Virus record (IMG/VR): IMGVR_UViG_3300033076_000593
Span: 3,719-67,718 of that record
Direction: 5' to 3' (one strand)
Length of the DNA: 64,000 bases
Source of the DNA: a virus
Taxonomy: Duplodnaviria; Caudoviricetes
The translations under genes and the position numbers were made by a program. Position 1 is the stretch's first letter. Each line of letters starts with the position of its first letter. Shown here one piece after another: positions 46,291 through 55,846 of this stretch. The notes below the pieces were generated by a model, which searched no databases, was not told the origin of the DNA, and saw only the letters and a program-made list of their open reading frames with translations.

Positions 46291-48696
46291 TTAATAATAA
46301 AAAGTATCAAATAATTCACCATCTATTTTTGAAGCTTGTTCATTCATTTCTACAAATTTAGGGTATAATGACTTACTTCCCAAAAGTGCATAGCCTCCAG
46401 CCGTAAATAAATCGTATTTTGTCATTTCTCCTTTACCGTCAATGTTTGCAGTTTCTTCTAACATTTCTATGTGATTTTCATAATCACACGCATCTTTTAA
46501 ATATTGTTCCCACACATCAAATATATCCTGTTTCGTAGAATTATTTGATCCGTCAGTTGTAATTCTTCCTGGCAATGGCTTCTTTTCACCCTGCTCATTC
46601 ATATCATAAAGCAAATAACCTCTTAATCCCCAATCAATAAATCTCTCATATAAATGAGTGATATTCATCTCAGGATATAGCATTGCGCCAAAAAATACAC
46701 ATGCCTTAGCTAGGTCATCAGCATACTCATCTCTCCCTACATCTCTTTGTTTATAAGTAAGTACAAATTTATCACTAATCCATTGACTACGCAATTTTAT
46801 TTCATTACCATTATCACCATCTATAGACAAGTCTCTTTTATAAAAAATAGCTCCTGCGTTATAAGATTTCTTTTTCCCACTTACCTCCTGAGATTCGTAT
46901 TTTGCTGGATCGGCTCCCATCACAAATTTATTCATTACATTCCAAGATGGTCTCCAAGCCTCAAGTTCAGTATCCCATTCTTTTAGGTTTCTCTGATCAT
47001 GTCTAGGCACATGAGATATAACAAATTTACCTTCTTCATCTTCTTTTAGTCTAACGGTAGATCCCCTTCCTTCCGTCCACTCTAAATTATACCTTCTCGT
47101 AACGTGAGTTTGAAATGTTAACTGAGTAATTCTTTTTCTAATTCTAAGTACAGGGAAAGATGAATCTTTTGAGGCTGACATAAAACATTCTTTTAGATTA
47201 AAAGGAAAGTTTTGCATCTCTTCGATCAGGCCAGTTTGATCATCATTTGTTTCAAAAGACTTTCTTTTGTTTTGCAAGTATGTTCTAGCTCCAATAGAAA
47301 CTAATCGGCCATCACTGTTTTTTACAGGTCTTTTCGGATCTTCAATAATAGAATTGCCATACTCGTCTATAAAACCATCAAGACCATCATATGCAGGAAA
47401 AAATATTGTGAATAATCCTGAAGCAGTTTGGCCGTTATCGTTTCTTTCATCAAATTTAGATGCCAAAATTAGTCTCTTCATTTGATCACCACCACCCTTC
47501 TCCATCTCACCTAATGTAGATGTTAGGAGGCCAAGACCGTGAATATAAGGACCTTGAGCAAGACACTTCATAACAACCCTCCACCTATCGATGATATTAA
47601 CATTAATACCATTCTTAGGATCAACCTTACCAACCTCATCATGGTGAATGAAATGTAGCTTCTCCATATCGTATGCTCTCTCTCCTGATGGGCGGTGATT
47701 TATCCAACCCTCGTGTGGAGGGAGAGAAGTTGTTCCCACTCCACCTGCTGTTCTGTTTGCAGGTGCAGTAAATTGTATTGCTTCCTTTGGAACAGAAGAT
47801 CCTTCAGTCATCAACTTAAAGAAGAAAGGCATTCTACGCAGACGTTTTGCAATGTGGTCCACAAATACTTGAGTTGAGTGGTAGTCTGACATCGATTGAA
47901 TACCGCCAAAACGCTGGATACCTAAAGTTGCCGTTACATACCAATTTAAAAATCCTGCGCGAGATGTAGCTCCTTCTCTTCGGTGTTTAGGATAAATAAT
48001 CCCATACATTGTTCTTTCACCAGTATCTACTAAAAACTTGCCCTCTTCAATGTAGCATTTAGGATTCATTTCCTTAAACTCGTCTACACCTTTTTTAGTA
48101 TTAAAATATCTAACAAAACTATCTTTACCGTCTGTATAAACAGCTTTATACTTGAATAAACCGTCTGTTGTTTTGTAACCGTACATTACACCAATAAACC
48201 ATCTTCTATCTCTGTCTCTGTATTCAGGAAGACCTTCTTTATTTTTAGCGTTACCTATTGGCCAGAAGTTTAAATATGTATACATACATCCTGGAATGTA
48301 TGTCGGTTTACCATTATTAAAAAAGAAATATCCATTATAGTGTCTCTTAATTTGCTTCTTAATCCACACTATTTCCTTAGAGTAATATGCTGCATTGTTA
48401 AAAAGCTCTTCATCAATATCTTCCAGCTTAACAACTTCCTTTGGTTTTATTTTTTTCTTTTTCCTTATAACCGATTCAATGTCCTTTAAACGAGCTGGCA
48501 TCTCCTGATATTGAAACCTTTGTTTTTCAGGAGGATTACCATATCCATCTATTTTTTTTATTGCCTCTTCGTATGGCAGGTTGTAAAATTGATCTGGAGT
48601 TGGGACTTTTATTTCTATTGGGAACAGGTCCTCATCATCGGTATTTAAAAAAATAGATGTGTCAGATTTTTCGTATTTGTATTTTGTCTCACGCAT
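46291..48696 (-). CDS. terL: terminase large subunit
   Basis: PKHRREGATS Walker A-like, HHDEVGK Walker B, MGADP nuclease motif. Confidence 0.9.
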   Translation of the reverse strand: MRETKYKYEKSDTSIFLNTDDEDLFPIEIKVPTPDQFYNLPYEEAIKKIDGYGNPPEKQRFQYQEMPARLKDIESVIRKKKKIKPKEVVKLEDIDEELFNNAAYYSKEIVWIKKQIKRHYNGYFFFNNGKPTYIPGCMYTYLNFWPIGNAKNKEGLPEYRDRDRRWFIGVMYGYKTTDGLFKYKAVYTDGKDSFVRYFNTKKGVDEFKEMNPKCYIEEGKFLVDTGERTMYGIIYPKHRREGATSRAGFLNWYVTATLGIQRFGGIQSMSDYHSTQVFVDHIAKRLRRMPFFFKLMTEGSSVPKEAIQFTAPANRTAGGVGTTSLPPHEGWINHRPSGERAYDMEKLHFIHHDEVGKVDPKNGINVNIIDRWRVVMKCLAQGPYIHGLGLLTSTLGEMEKGGGDQMKRLILASKFDERNDNGQTASGLFTIFFPAYDGLDGFIDEYGNSIIEDPKRPVKNSDGRLVSIGARTYLQNKRKSFETNDDQTGLIEEMQNFPFNLKECFMSASKDSSFPVLRIRKRITQLTFQTHVTRRYNLEWTEGRGSTVRLKEDEEGKFVISHVPRHDQRNLKEWDTELEAWRPSWNVMNKFVMGADPAKYESQEVSGKKKSYNAGAIFYKRDLSIDGDNGNEIKLRSQWISDKFVLTYKQRDVGRDEYADDLAKACVFFGAMLYPEMNITHLYERFIDWGLRGYLLYDMNEQGEKKPLPGRITTDGSNNSTKQDIFDVWEQYLKDACDYENHIEMLEETANIDGKGEMTKYDLFTAGGYALLGSKSLYPKFVEMNEQASKIDGELFDTFYY

Positions 48697-49354
48697 CTAC
48701 TTCGGGGAATATATTTCCTTTATCTTGAAATTCTCTAATGTATTCTTCTGGTCTAATACCAAGAGAGTCTAATAATGTAAATTCAGTCAATTCATCTTCT
48801 AAGTCTTTACTTTTCTCTCCTTGTAAAAATTCATTCTTAGAAGCAGTAATTTGACTCATGGTCATATTAATAATTTCCCTTCGAGTCTTTTCTGCCTGAA
48901 CTATTTTAGCCTGAGCAGCCTCATCTTCAGCCTCTAGTTTAATCTCTAATTCTGTGTAACGCAATAGGGCTTCTTCAGCAGACTTCCAAACCATGTACTG
49001 CTCACCCCCCATCAACAGCAAGAAATATATTGCTCTTCTATTCACTCCTTTTATTTTCCAAGACAACATATCGGTAATATGTTTTGGGTATGGAGGTTCA
49101 ATATTTAAACACTGCATAGCCCATGTCTTTCTTCTTTTTAAATCAGGTATGCCTTGACCTGGAGATCCTAAGTCGTACATGTATATTAAGTAGCGAAGTA
49201 CAATATCTGGATCTAAATCTTTCGGCAAATCATTAGCTGAAAATATTACAGAAAACTTAGATAGATCTGAAAATTCAAATAGCACAGGTTGATCCATAGG
49301 TATTTTATGGATCGCATATTTTAATTTATCAAACTCGTTACTCTCGTATTTCAT
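48689..49354 (-). CDS. putative terminase small subunit
   Basis: Helical 221-aa protein overlapping the TerL start; position only. Confidence 0.45.
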   Translation of the reverse strand: MKYESNEFDKLKYAIHKIPMDQPVLFEFSDLSKFSVIFSANDLPKDLDPDIVLRYLIYMYDLGSPGQGIPDLKRRKTWAMQCLNIEPPYPKHITDMLSWKIKGVNRRAIYFLLLMGGEQYMVWKSAEEALLRYTELEIKLEAEDEAAQAKIVQAEKTRREIINMTMSQITASKNEFLQGEKSKDLEDELTEFTLLDSLGIRPEEYIREFQDKGNIFPEVDA

Positions 49355-49976
49355 ATCCCATTACCTCATTATGCCTAATCATGAAAAATCTACCGTCTAA
49401 TCTTTTATTCAAACTAGCCTCTAGTGGCATTCCTGATCCAGGTTTACACTTAATACACCAACCCTCTTGAGGGATTGCGTCTGTTCCAAAAGCTAACTCT
49501 GATTTTGGGCTTTTCCCACCAACAGCAACAACCTTCCAAACGTCCTGCTCATACTTATCCTCTTCTTCTATCTCTAACAATATTATTTTACTTGTATTTT
49601 CCTTCTTAATTAATACAGGTTCAACTAAAGAAAACCCATCTTGAGGAATATATTTACCCTCTCTTATTGTTAAATATACCATATCTGGATTAACCAAACA
49701 AATTCTTATACCTTCGTTATATATAATTCTATTAGAAGAATTCTCCCCGTATGTACCAAAAACAGTACGCATCTCATTATATTTAATAAAAACACGATCT
49801 CCTTTTTTCCATGATTTATAATCAGAATGAACTGTGCAATCTACATTTGTCCAGTATTCTGCATCTTGACCATTATTGTGAACAGACAGGTGAATTTTAG
49901 TGCCGTTTATGTCTACGACATCTAATAAGTGTTCATTATTATTTAAAACAACAGGCAAATAATTCAAATACTTCAT
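49338..49976 (-). CDS. protein with tandem GroES-like domains
   Basis: KKGDRVFIKY and LVEPV...KVVAVG....EGWCI...HNEVMG; probable start MKYLNY. Confidence 0.55.
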   Translation of the reverse strand: MKYLNYLPVVLNNNEHLLDVVDINGTKIHLSVHNNGQDAEYWTNVDCTVHSDYKSWKKGDRVFIKYNEMRTVFGTYGENSSNRIIYNEGIRICLVNPDMVYLTIREGKYIPQDGFSLVEPVLIKKENTSKIILLEIEEEDKYEQDVWKVVAVGGKSPKSELAFGTDAIPQEGWCIKCKPGSGMPLEASLNKRLDGRFFMIRHNEVMGYEIRE

Positions 49977-50063
49977 GCAATGTTTTTTTTGTGTGTGAAA
50001 TTGAAATACTTTTGTATAGGACTGTTCTGGTCCTATGTGTGTTTTTTTATTGTGTGCAGAAAG

Positions 50064-50081
50064 TGGGGACAAAGGTCCCCA
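50064..50081. terminator. hairpin between phosphoesterase and chaperonin genes
   Basis: tggggac-aaag-gtcccca. Confidence 0.45.
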
Positions 50082-50088
50082 TTTTTTG

Positions 50089-50967
50089 TTAGTGATCTCT
50101 TACTTGTGTAAACGTAGGAAGCAACAATATTGCCTCTCTACCATTATCTGTCTCATAGGCAGTATCAAATGACAGAATGTAACCACCGATTGGTTTTGGA
50201 GGTCTTCCCTTTTCAACATGATATCCAAAGTCTCCTGCTCCATATTCCTCTTTGTATGCAGCTGTTCTGATGTGGTGAACATACTTATGTTTAATAAAGT
50301 ACCCTCTCTTTGAGTGATGTTCCAAAGACTCTTGCCCATCAATAACATGATATAACTCGTGAACGTGGCCCATCCAAATGCAGTCTGCTCCAGCAATCAT
50401 AACTCCCATTCGGTTGTTTTGTATTACGCCCTTCGTAACAGCTCCACCGCCCCCTGTCCCATGGTAATATTTCACGTTGAAAGCAAATGTAGCGTGTTTT
50501 TTATGTTGGACTTGAAGTTTCCACCAACCACCATAACCACCAACTTGAACGCTAGTTTTATTCTTGTAGTTTAACAAGTCAACAAAACGCTGAAGAGGAT
50601 CTGTTTCTGTGTTTTTGATAATTGCAGTCTCATGGTTGCCGTATCCAATCCACAAAATATGCTTTGCGTAAGGTGACCACCAATCAACAGCGTCTTCAAT
50701 TACTGCATCAAGATAGTTGTGTACGTTATGCTCAGGAAGAATATCTTTTTTATTTCTACGAGGATCGTACTTACCCTGCATTAAACAGAAGAAGTCCCCA
50801 TTGATAACAATCCAAGCTCCGTCTTTAACGGCATCGTCTAAATGTTTTTTTAATGTATCTCTTTTGCATTTAGGGTTGTCCCAATGGACATCAGAAATCA
50901 TAAGAAATTTATCCGTTGTTTCACACTCTGTGATTAGGATATTTTTGCCGTACTTAGTAGTTTGCAT
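50089..50967 (-). CDS. calcineurin-like metallophosphoesterase
   Basis: SDVHW, NGDFF, GNHE, GHVHE motifs. Confidence 0.9.
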   Translation of the reverse strand: MQTTKYGKNILITECETTDKFLMISDVHWDNPKCKRDTLKKHLDDAVKDGAWIVINGDFFCLMQGKYDPRRNKKDILPEHNVHNYLDAVIEDAVDWWSPYAKHILWIGYGNHETAIIKNTETDPLQRFVDLLNYKNKTSVQVGGYGGWWKLQVQHKKHATFAFNVKYYHGTGGGGAVTKGVIQNNRMGVMIAGADCIWMGHVHELYHVIDGQESLEHHSKRGYFIKHKYVHHIRTAAYKEEYGAGDFGYHVEKGRPPKPIGGYILSFDTAYETDNGREAILLLPTFTQVRDH

Positions 50968-51298
50968 TATTGTAAGCTTCGTTTGATTTTAAAAGAGTGA
51001 AAGTCTCAACAAAAGTTTTGTATGGACAGTCTATTATAAGAGGTTCATCAGAACCCAATAAGTATATTAATGTTCGTGATCCTATAGATGTTGTTCCGTC
51101 ATTTCTGAATTCAACATCAGCTTGTATTGCAGATACTTTTGTAACGTCAAAAATAATAGGAACGAAATCAGTGTATAAACCTTGTCCAGGATTACTTTCA
51201 ATTTCTTCTTCGCTATTCCAAACTACACAATAGGTGCTGCATAGAACTGGCAATGGAGTTAAATCCTCCTGTTTTTTCTTTTTGGATTTGAAGAACAT
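50954..51298 (-). CDS. hypothetical protein
   Basis: Probable start MFFKSKK at 51298, downstream of promoter box 51314-21. Confidence 0.6.
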   Translation of the reverse strand: MFFKSKKKKQEDLTPLPVLCSTYCVVWNSEEEIESNPGQGLYTDFVPIIFDVTKVSAIQADVEFRNDGTTSIGSRTLIYLLGSDEPLIIDCPYKTFVETFTLLKSNEAYNNANY

Positions 51299-51313
51299 AG
51301 ATTTTATTTTATC

Positions 51314-51350
51314 CAAAAATACAAAAATCCCCCTAAACAAGGGGGACTTT
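51314..51350 (-). terminator. terminator followed by a TATTTTTG promoter
   Basis: tccccc 51328-33 pairs with ggggga 51341-46; box at 51314-21. Confidence 0.55.
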
Positions 51351-51359
51351 CTTTTTAAC

Positions 51360-51704
51360 TTAGAAGGGGAGATCTCCGTCTTCTTTGTTTTGGTTTGTGG
51401 TTTCGGGGGTAATTTCTGCTGGTGCTGTTTCATTATTGCTTGATTTAGACTCACCCTCAATCTTCCATGCCTGGAGAGAATTATAAACTCTCCCGTTATA
51501 TTCTCGACCTTTTAGATTGAAATAAACTTCGATTTCATCACCTACTTTAAACGGATCGATGATAAGAGTGTTGTTGTTTACGAGTTGAAACTCAATTAAC
51601 TCAGGGTACTTCCCCTCAATTTCAACAACAAATGTTCTAATTGCAAATTTGGCACTCTTCTGTTCGGTGTTGCCTACCGATTTGATTTTTCCTTTAATAT
51701 TCAT
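51360..51704 (-). CDS. DUF3127-family OB-fold ssDNA-binding protein
   Basis: YPELIEFQL..KVGDEIEV.FNLKGREY..Y.SLQAWKIE; acidic DLPF tail. Confidence 0.85.
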   Translation of the reverse strand: MNIKGKIKSVGNTEQKSAKFAIRTFVVEIEGKYPELIEFQLVNNNTLIIDPFKVGDEIEVYFNLKGREYNGRVYNSLQAWKIEGESKSSNNETAPAEITPETTNQNKEDGDLPF

Positions 51705-51723
51705 TTTGTGTAATTTTGTTTTG

Positions 51724-51840
51724 CAAATTTAGCAATAAAGTTTACAATTTAAAGGAATGGTTTTAATAGTTTTCAACACTAGGTAGTTTACTTGTTATTA
51801 AAATTTATTTGGAATATTTGTAAGAACAACATTACATTTG
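51724..51840. promoter_or_regulatory. divergent promoters between late and replication modules
   Basis: Minus TAAATTTG at 51724-31; plus TACATTTG at 51833-40. Confidence 0.6.
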
Positions 51841-51871
51841 CAAAAGTAAAAACACACATAATAAAAAAACC

Positions 51872-52090
51872 ATGTTAAATATTGACAAAAACATTCCGAT
51901 CCCAGATAGTAGTGGGAGAGGCCGCAAGACGGAATATATCTTGCCTGAATTAGAGGTCGGTGATTCTTTCTTTGTGAAAGGAGAGACTTCAAAGTACCTA
52001 GCTAAATTGTTCTACCAAAAGAAGAAAAGAAATTACGAGCTTACCGCAAGAACTATGGATGGCGGTGTTCGTATTTGGAGAGCAGCTTAA
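51872..52090 (+). CDS. small basic putative DNA-binding protein
   Basis: IDKNIPIP...LEVGDSFFV...GVRIWR. Confidence 0.75.
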   Translation: MLNIDKNIPIPDSSGRGRKTEYILPELEVGDSFFVKGETSKYLAKLFYQKKKRNYELTARTMDGGVRIWRAA

Positions 52091-52109
52091 TTTTATTATT
52101 CTTGTTTTC

Positions 52110-52200
52110 GGTTCGAGTCGCAGCGAATCTAAAAACATAACATACTAGCCCTGTTGAATAGGTGAGACTGCGACCTCCCTGTTCTTCGGGGCATTTTTTT
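52110..52200 (+). promoter_or_regulatory. kissing-hairpin leader/attenuator upstream of the replication initiator
   Basis: Hairpin 1 loop agtcgcag (52116-23) is complementary to hairpin 2 loop actgcgac (52167-74); T-tract follows. Confidence 0.65.
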
Positions 52201-52208
52201 CTCACATT

Positions 52209-52943
52209 ATGAACATAGGACAAATTGTAAGAGCGAAGTCTGAAAGAGATTTCACCATGTTAAGCAACAAACTGTTGCAGGATTGTAGCGTTACTATTGA
52301 AGAAAAGGGGCTACTTGTTTATCTATTGAGTCTGCCTACCGATTGGATTCTATACAAAAAGAACTTACCTGAGAAGACTGGAGAGTCCAAAGGCACTATA
52401 GATCGCGTATTCAAACAATTGCAGGACAAAAAATATATTATCAGTGTTAAGGTTATCGATCCTCAAACAAAGGTATTTAAGGGTTGGAATCATATTGTTT
52501 ATGAATCTCCGACAGTAGAACAAACCGACATTCGGGAAAAGCCGACATCGGGATTTGCCGACCTCGGCCAGAGTATGCCTATACAAAGACAGAATTCTAA
52601 TACAAATAATAATACTAATACAAATACAGATAAATTAAAGGAAAAATTAGAAAGGAAAAAATTTGTTAAACCAACTTTAGATGAAGTTAAGCTGTATTTT
52701 AAAGAAAGAGGTTATAGCGAAGACGCAGCAATAAGAGCGTTTAATTACTACACAGATGGAGACTGGCACGATAAGAATGGATCTCCCGTAAGAAATTGGA
52801 GACTTAAGATGCACGTTTGGTTCAAGGATTCATATAAGATTCAAGAAGAAAAAATCAAAGTAAGAGACATTTTTGGAGGAACACACCTCAAAACACAAGA
52901 AGAAATAAATAAAGCAGAACCAGGATACTTCAAGAAAATATGA
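52209..52943 (+). CDS. phage replication initiator (N-terminal HTH, conserved C-terminal domain)
   Basis: DFTMLSN..KGLLVYLLSLP.DW; FVKPTLDEV..Y...NYY...W...VRNW. Confidence 0.8.
   Translation: MNIGQIVRAKSERDFTMLSNKLLQDCSVTIEEKGLLVYLLSLPTDWILYKKNLPEKTGESKGTIDRVFKQLQDKKYIISVKVIDPQTKVFKGWNHIVYESPTVEQTDIREKPTSGFADLGQSMPIQRQNSNTNNNTNTNTDKLKEKLERKKFVKPTLDEVKLYFKERGYSEDAAIRAFNYYTDGDWHDKNGSPVRNWRLKMHVWFKDSYKIQEEKIKVRDIFGGTHLKTQEEINKAEPGYFKKI
52509..52650. other. candidate replication origin (iterons plus AT-rich tract)
   Basis: CCGAC at 52509, 52525, 52542 and 52558; three copies carry the ccga..tcgg dyad; AT-rich repeats follow. Confidence 0.6.
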
Positions 52944-54688
52944 GCAACTACCAAAAAATAACAGCACTAGGAATTAAGTGCAAAGACATCCCAGGACAGC
53001 AGAAGGTTAATTGCCCTTTCTGTGTAGATGGGAGATCCAACAAGAAGGACAAGAGTCTATCTGTAAACGTGGAGATGGGAGTTTATAAATGTCACTACCC
53101 TTCCTGCTCAGCATCAGATGGTAAGAGTGTCAATATGAATGAAAAGAAAGTTGAATACATCAGGCCAGTATCTAGACTTCAGAAAGTAAGCGATAAGGTT
53201 GTGTCTTGGTTTGAGTCGAGAGGCATATCTAACAATACACTCCTTCAATTCAAAATCACAGAAGAGGAGCAGTTCTTTCCTCAGGTTCAAAAGAAAAGGA
53301 ATGCCATATGCTTCAATTACTTTAAAAATGATATTCTTGTCAACGTAAAATATAGAGACGCTGAGAAGAATTTTCGGATGGTTTCTGGAGCTGAGTTGAT
53401 CATGTACAACTTAAACTCATTAGAGGGCTATAAATGGTGTGTAATCGTTGAGGGTGAAATGGACTGCCTCTCAATGCACGAAAGTGGAATATACCCCGTT
53501 GTAAGCGTTCCAAACGGAGCTTCTAAAGGTAATCAGAATTTAAAGTATCTTGATAACTGTATCGATGACTTCGCGGACAAGGATAAAATTATCATTTTTA
53601 CAGATAATGATTCAGCAGGGCTTTCTCTACGCGATGAGTTGACAAGAAGACTTGGAAGAGAAAGAATATGGTATGTAAATTCTATTGACGGGTGTAAGGA
53701 TGCCAACGAAATACTTCTTTCTTACGGGCCAGACATGCTACAAAAAATAATAGCTGAGGCTTATCAGATACCGATAGAAGGAATAGAGAAAGTAAATGAT
53801 GTTAGAGATAAAATAAACGACATATATCTTAACGGTTTTCCAACAGGGCTTAAGGCTGGTTATCCAATGCTTGATGAACATATTTCTTTTAGAGGTTCAG
53901 AGTTTACAATAATTACAGGTACTCCCAACGCTGGTAAGTCTACATTCCTGAGTAATATCATAGTTAGACTCGCTGCAAAGCACTCGTGGAAGATAGCAAT
54001 GTTTTCTCCAGAAAAACAACCTACTGAAATATTATTTACTGAGTTAGCCGAATTATTTATAGGCAAGTCATTTTTCTCTTACAATCCTATATTAAAAATG
54101 ACCGAAAAGGAAGTAGATGTTGCCCGTGAGTTTGTAGAGGACATGTTTTTCTTTATGAAGATTGATGAAATGGATGTTACCATTGATGGCATCCTTGACA
54201 AAGCAGCGGAGCTTGTAAAGAGAAATGGAATCAATTGCCTTGTAATAGATCCTTGGAACTATGTAGAACATCAAGTCCCAAAGGGGATGAGCGAAACACA
54301 ATATATATCAGAAGCATTAACAAAAGTAAAAAGATTTAAAGACCGTTATGGAGTACATGTTTTCCTTGTTGCACACCCTACTAAAATTAGAAAAGAGAAT
54401 GGAGCTTATGTTGTCCCAACTCTCTACGACATCGCAGGTTCAGCGCATTTCTTCAACAAATGTGACAATGGTTTTGTGGTCTATAGAGATTACGCAACTG
54501 GAGAGACACAGGTCCACGTTCAGAAGATTCGGTGGTCTTTTGTGGGAAGAGTTGGAGAGGTGCGATTCCTATACGATGTAAAGTGCAAGCGTTTCACTGA
54601 GATTGGAAGCGAGGAGCGTTTTAGCCCAATAAATGATTACGAACAAAAAAATGATGACATCTATGGAAACGAAGATATACCATTCTGA
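52940..54688 (+). CDS. primase-helicase (T7 gp4/Twinkle-like)
   Basis: CPFC..CHYPSC zinc domain, VEGEMD and DND TOPRIM motifs, GTPNAGKS, IDPWN, AHPTK. Confidence 0.93.
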   Translation: MSNYQKITALGIKCKDIPGQQKVNCPFCVDGRSNKKDKSLSVNVEMGVYKCHYPSCSASDGKSVNMNEKKVEYIRPVSRLQKVSDKVVSWFESRGISNNTLLQFKITEEEQFFPQVQKKRNAICFNYFKNDILVNVKYRDAEKNFRMVSGAELIMYNLNSLEGYKWCVIVEGEMDCLSMHESGIYPVVSVPNGASKGNQNLKYLDNCIDDFADKDKIIIFTDNDSAGLSLRDELTRRLGRERIWYVNSIDGCKDANEILLSYGPDMLQKIIAEAYQIPIEGIEKVNDVRDKINDIYLNGFPTGLKAGYPMLDEHISFRGSEFTIITGTPNAGKSTFLSNIIVRLAAKHSWKIAMFSPEKQPTEILFTELAELFIGKSFFSYNPILKMTEKEVDVAREFVEDMFFFMKIDEMDVTIDGILDKAAELVKRNGINCLVIDPWNYVEHQVPKGMSETQYISEALTKVKRFKDRYGVHVFLVAHPTKIRKENGAYVVPTLYDIAGSAHFFNKCDNGFVVYRDYATGETQVHVQKIRWSFVGRVGEVRFLYDVKCKRFTEIGSEERFSPINDYEQKNDDIYGNEDIPF

Positions 54689-55085
54689 TCCATCATTCCA
54701 ATACGGACTTAGACAAGTGGCAATCACTAAATATAAAGAAGGAGAGCTAATAGGTTCAAAACAAGACTTCTACGAAAACATTGAGGCTGTTTATATCTGT
54801 GTTGAAAAAAAATATTCAGAAATACTTGAAGTTTTATTTGCATTTTGTGAGAAAAATGTTAGATATTTGCGTAAAAATAATTTAATACCCAAAGAAGTCA
54901 ATGAAAGAATCAAACGAAGTGCAAGTATTAGGGCGTGTAAAGACCTTGGACTTGAAAAGGCCAACGCGACCGAAAAATTTAGAAACGCATATATGCATAA
55001 TCTGTATAAGTTCGTCTACTGGGAATTCATTCAGAATCATACATGTGAGCAAGTAAAAGAAATGTTTAATAATCTAAAAGAGTAA
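54663..55085 (+). CDS. hypothetical protein
   Basis: ORF overlapping the helicase end; start uncertain. Confidence 0.65.
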   Translation: METKIYHSDPSFQYGLRQVAITKYKEGELIGSKQDFYENIEAVYICVEKKYSEILEVLFAFCEKNVRYLRKNNLIPKEVNERIKRSASIRACKDLGLEKANATEKFRNAYMHNLYKFVYWEFIQNHTCEQVKEMFNNLKE

Positions 55086-55088
55086 AAT

Positions 55089-55604
55089 ATGGAAACAAAA
55101 CAAGAGCAACAAAAGCAAATCCAGTTTGGAGACATTTTAGAGTATGTGCCAAACGACCGTAAAGAAAGATTTATTCACGATCTTATTATTTATGTTCCGC
55201 ATTTAAAAGAAGAGGCTGATAAATTTAGCCATGTAATTCATAATGTTGCTATAGGGACTAACATGAGAACTTATATTGATATAATGAAAGATTTAGCTAT
55301 GAAAGTTTATAACGCATCTGGTGAGGAGAATAGAAAGAGAGAAAACGTGATATATAGACAACTAGTTTTTTGGATGATGCACAAGACGCTTCCCGTAACA
55401 CTAGGAGGTATTGGTAGCGAGTTTAAAAATAAGAATCACGCAACAGTTCTTTACGGAATCAAAACATTTGAGGACACAATACTTACATCTTGGAAGGATA
55501 GAATGTTAGTCCAATACTTTGTTGAGAAAATGGAAGAGCATGGATATTCACATCCTAAAAACGCATACAAAGAGCTACTTTACAAATTAAAAATTCAAGA
55601 CTAA
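55089..55604 (+). CDS. protein with DnaA C-terminal (domain IV)-like HTH
   Basis: RKRENVIYRQL....TLGGIGSEF..KNHATVLYGIK. Confidence 0.8.
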   Translation: METKQEQQKQIQFGDILEYVPNDRKERFIHDLIIYVPHLKEEADKFSHVIHNVAIGTNMRTYIDIMKDLAMKVYNASGEENRKRENVIYRQLVFWMMHKTLPVTLGGIGSEFKNKNHATVLYGIKTFEDTILTSWKDRMLVQYFVEKMEEHGYSHPKNAYKELLYKLKIQD

Positions 55605-55609
55605 AAATT

Positions 55610-55846
55610 ATGGAGATCACAATTGACAAACCGCATCAAACTATCTACCATTTTAATGGTGAAGTTATTTTAGACATGAAGTACTCATACACTCTAACAA
55701 AGATCGTAAACTTCGCAGGAACGGCATATGAAGTAGAAGCTCACCCATCTTCAAGTGAAACAGATTGGGGTGGTTGGAACGAGATGAAGAAAAGATTTGT
55801 TGAAGATATTATTGTTAAACACTACGAAACACATGGAGCAGAGTAA
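55610..55846 (+). CDS. hypothetical protein
   Basis: 78-aa ORF. Confidence 0.65.
   Translation: MEITIDKPHQTIYHFNGEVILDMKYSYTLTKIVNFAGTAYEVEAHPSSSETDWGGWNEMKKRFVEDIIVKHYETHGAE

Noticed and set aside
46291-48696. Intein in the 801-aa terminase
   Set aside because: No intein N-terminal C/S block, HN terminus or LAGLIDADG motif; the length fits large Bacteroidota phage TerL.
50954-51460. 168-aa version of this ORF
   Set aside because: The extension overlaps the DUF3127 gene, a terminator and a promoter; the start at 51298 is more plausible.
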